The position numbers and the translations under genes were made by a program. From Acidimicrobiales bacterium (GTDB taxonomy: Bacteria; Actinomycetota; Acidimicrobiia; Acidimicrobiales; CADCSY01): a stretch of 44,121 nucleotides of DNA. The notes under the pieces were generated by a model. That model saw nothing but the letters and a program-made list of their open reading frames with translations. It was not told the origin of the DNA and ran no database searches. The stretch is taken from positions 1 through 44,121 of the forward strand of contig DASUCO010000094.1 in the NCBI GenBank assembly GCA_036275955.1, written 5' to 3'. Below, piece after piece: positions 41,977 through 44,121 of the stretch (the first letter of the stretch is position 1; the number at the start of each line of letters is the position of its first letter).

Positions 41977-44075
41977 CGATCCGCCTCCGATCTGGTCGGT
42001 CTCGCCTTCACGGGCTCCGCTGCGTCGAGCACGCGCTCGGGTGTCAGCGGGAGACGGCGCACCCGGTATCCGAGGGAGCCGACGGCGTTGCCGATGGCAG
42101 GCGGCACGGGCGGAACGGCCGTCTCCCCCAGTCCGTGCACCTGGGCGCCCTCGTGTTCGAGCACGCTGTGACGGATCGCGGCGACGTCCACGGACGAGGG
42201 GATGTTGTAGTCCGACAGGTTCGGGTTGACGATCTGGCCGCCCTCGAACTGAAGCTCCTCGAAGAGGGCCGTGCCGAGGCCCAGGATCATCGAGCCCTCC
42301 TGCTGCAGTTCGGCGCCGTGCGGGTTCACCACCCGGCCGGCGTACGAGATCGCGTAGAGGTCCTCCAGGTCGATGATCCCGGTCTCGTCGTCGACCCGGA
42401 GCCGCGCGCTCGCCGCGCCCTGGTGCCAGTGCGACGACGCGACACCCTCGCCGGTGTCGGGGTCGAGCCCGCCCTCGTCGGTGACGTGACCGTGACCGAC
42501 GGAGCCGTGCCGGGCGAGGTCGCGGGCGGCCTCTTGCAGGGCGCGGTCCATCATGTGCGTCGAACGGCTCGACGTGGTCCGCGTGTCGTACGGGACGCGG
42601 TCGGTGTCGGGGGTGCACACGACGACGCGTTCCACGCCGCAACCGAGGTGGCGGGCCGCCAGACGGGTGAGCATCTCGGTGGCTCCCTGCCCGATGTCGG
42701 CGGTGGCCGACTGCACCTCGAAGCGCCCGTCGGGCATCGACACGATCCGCACCTCGGCGCGACTCGGCGTCTGCATGCCCTTGAGCATCACCGCGACGCC
42801 GAGGCCCGAGCGCTCGCCGCCACGTGACCAGCCCACCGCGGCGGCGGCGGCGTCGAGCAGCTCCTCGAACCGGACGTCGTGCATCGTCTCGCCGGTGCAG
42901 AACCGGTCACCCTCGCGGAGCAGATTGCGGCGGCGCAGCTCGACGGCGTCGACACCGAGGCGCTCGGCCATCAGGTCGACGACACGTTCCGAGGCCCACA
43001 CCGACTGCATGGCTCCGTAGCCCCGGAACGCCCCGCCGGGCGGCAGGTTGGTGTAGACGCAGTAGGAGTCGACCGCCACGTGCTCGATGCGGTAGGGCCC
43101 CACCCCGGCGTAGCCGAGCTTCTGCGCGACCCCCGGTCCGCAGTCCGCGTAGGCGCCGGTGTTGACGTAGGCCCAGAGACGCTTGGCGACGAACGTCCCG
43201 TCGGCACGGGCGCCCAGCTTGACGCGCACGGTCGCGGCGTGGCGGGTCAGCTCGCCGAAGACCTCGTCCCGATCCAGCACACAACGCACCGGCCGACCGA
43301 CGATGCGCGCGGCCGCGGCGACGACGGCCTCCGTGCGCACGAAGGTCTTCGCGCCGAACGCGCCGCCCATCGGCGGGACGACGACCCGCACCGACTCCAC
43401 CGGCAGGCCGAAGATCCCAGCCAGGTCCTGGCGCAGGTTGAACGGGGTCTGGGTGCCGGTGGTGACCTCGAGTCGCCCGTCCACCCACAGCGCCGTGGTC
43501 GCGTGCGGCTCCATCGGCACATGCGCGGCGGCCGGGGTGTGGAAGACCTCGTCGACGACGACGTCCGCCTCATCGAAAGCGTCGGCCAGCGCATCGTCCG
43601 GGTCGTCGAGATCGACGATCACCGCCGGCTCCTCGCGCCCGCGCAACTGCGGGGTGCGGATGCGGAAGCGGTGGCACACATTGGTGCCATCCTGCGGCCG
43701 CATCGCGAAGTAGGCGGAGTCCGAGTCGGACCCGGCGTGGCGCCGGTGCACGAGAGGGGCGTCGGGGCGTACCGCCTCCAGGTGGTCGAACACGGCCGGC
43801 GTCTCCTCGTAGGACACCTGCACGAGGCGGGCGGCGACCCTCGCCGCTTCGGCGCTGGGCGCGACCACCGCCGCGATCGCGTCGCCGACGAAGCGCGGCT
43901 CCCGGGTGAGCACGACCTGGTCGGCGATCTGGCATCCGAACCGGGTGAGGCCCTCGACGTCGTCGGGCGTGATGAGCACGACCCGCCTGAGCAACCGAGA
44001 CGCGCGCAACCGGATCGGCTGCGGTGATCGCCCGGACCCCGGCTCCGCACATAGGAGACCAAGAAGGACCGGCAC
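41973..44075 (-). CDS. Molybdopterin-binding large subunit of a xanthine-dehydrogenase-family molybdenum hydroxylase; 5' end uncertain
   Basis: ORF 41973..44075. Motifs: PMGGAFGAK and GGAFRGYG, plus a second-half hammerhead-like segment FVGDAIAAVVA. The frame stays open upstream to the window edge. The canonical N-terminal part is not recognisable. Confidence 0.75.
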   Translation of the reverse strand: MPVLLGLLCAEPGSGRSPQPIRLRASRLLRRVVLITPDDVEGLTRFGCQIADQVVLTREPRFVGDAIAAVVAPSAEAARVAARLVQVSYEETPAVFDHLEAVRPDAPLVHRRHAGSDSDSAYFAMRPQDGTNVCHRFRIRTPQLRGREEPAVIVDLDDPDDALADAFDEADVVVDEVFHTPAAAHVPMEPHATTALWVDGRLEVTTGTQTPFNLRQDLAGIFGLPVESVRVVVPPMGGAFGAKTFVRTEAVVAAAARIVGRPVRCVLDRDEVFGELTRHAATVRVKLGARADGTFVAKRLWAYVNTGAYADCGPGVAQKLGYAGVGPYRIEHVAVDSYCVYTNLPPGGAFRGYGAMQSVWASERVVDLMAERLGVDAVELRRRNLLREGDRFCTGETMHDVRFEELLDAAAAAVGWSRGGERSGLGVAVMLKGMQTPSRAEVRIVSMPDGRFEVQSATADIGQGATEMLTRLAARHLGCGVERVVVCTPDTDRVPYDTRTTSSRSTHMMDRALQEAARDLARHGSVGHGHVTDEGGLDPDTGEGVASSHWHQGAASARLRVDDETGIIDLEDLYAISYAGRVVNPHGAELQQEGSMILGLGTALFEELQFEGGQIVNPNLSDYNIPSSVDVAAIRHSVLEHEGAQVHGLGETAVPPVPPAIGNAVGSLGYRVRRLPLTPERVLDAAEPVKARPTRSEADR

Positions 44076-44090
44076 TGCCGGTGCCGGTCC
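44066..44090. other. Perfect 10-bp stem / 5-nt loop hairpin at the putative 5' end of the large-subunit gene
   Basis: GGACCGGCAC-tgccg-GTGCCGGTCC. On the minus strand it is followed by TTCTTGGTCTCC, which is terminator-like for a gene lying beyond the right window edge. Confidence 0.6.
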
Positions 44091-44121
44091 GCGAGATCCA
44101 TGGGAGTTCGCAATGAGTGAA

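Overview
Very GC-rich, gene-dense chromosomal segment, actinobacterial in style: GC-biased third codon positions, many GTG starts, and long Arg/Pro-rich shadow ORFs on the opposite strand and frames. I found no rRNA, tRNA, CRISPR array, transposase or integrase. All family calls come from motifs read in the translated ORFs. No database search was possible, so the names are family-level only.

Content from left to right:
1. A TetR-controlled redox cassette (1-4900): AurF-like diiron oxygenase, a Baeyer-Villiger monooxygenase (BVMO) fused to a DUF4873-like tail, and a ferredoxin-FNR fusion.
2. An AraC (VirS-like)-controlled operon on the minus strand (4908-12030): aldehyde dehydrogenase, acyl-CoA synthetase, SDR, a hypothetical protein, a DUF445 membrane protein and an HSL-type esterase.
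3. A second operon divergent from an AraC gene (13274-18883): SCPx-type thiolase, SRPBCC protein, MaoC hydratase, SDR, acyl-CoA dehydrogenase and an alpha/beta hydrolase. Its AraC gene is interrupted by an in-frame TAG.
4. An SDR-P450-BVMO operon with a divergent PucR-type regulator (21205-26420).
5. A TetR gene plus a large molybdopterin oxidoreductase (26546-29667).
6. A 5.1-kb block (TetR plus three signal-peptide proteins: FG-GAP propeller, LIP-family lipase, beta-helix protein). It is bracketed by the real 3' end of prfC and a decayed second copy of that 3' end.
7. prfC.
8. A molybdenum-hydroxylase-centred catabolic operon: large and small subunits, FAH-family hydrolase, ABM monooxygenase, histidine phosphatase, CoxG, aldehyde dehydrogenase and an MBL hydrolase.

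Most striking observations:
- The prfC 3'-end duplication flanks an island-like block.
- An AraC regulator is split by TAG followed directly by GTG.
- Two pairs of shared candidate operator or promoter motifs occur.
- The window holds an unusually high density of oxygenases: two BVMOs, a P450, a diiron oxygenase and an ABM protein.
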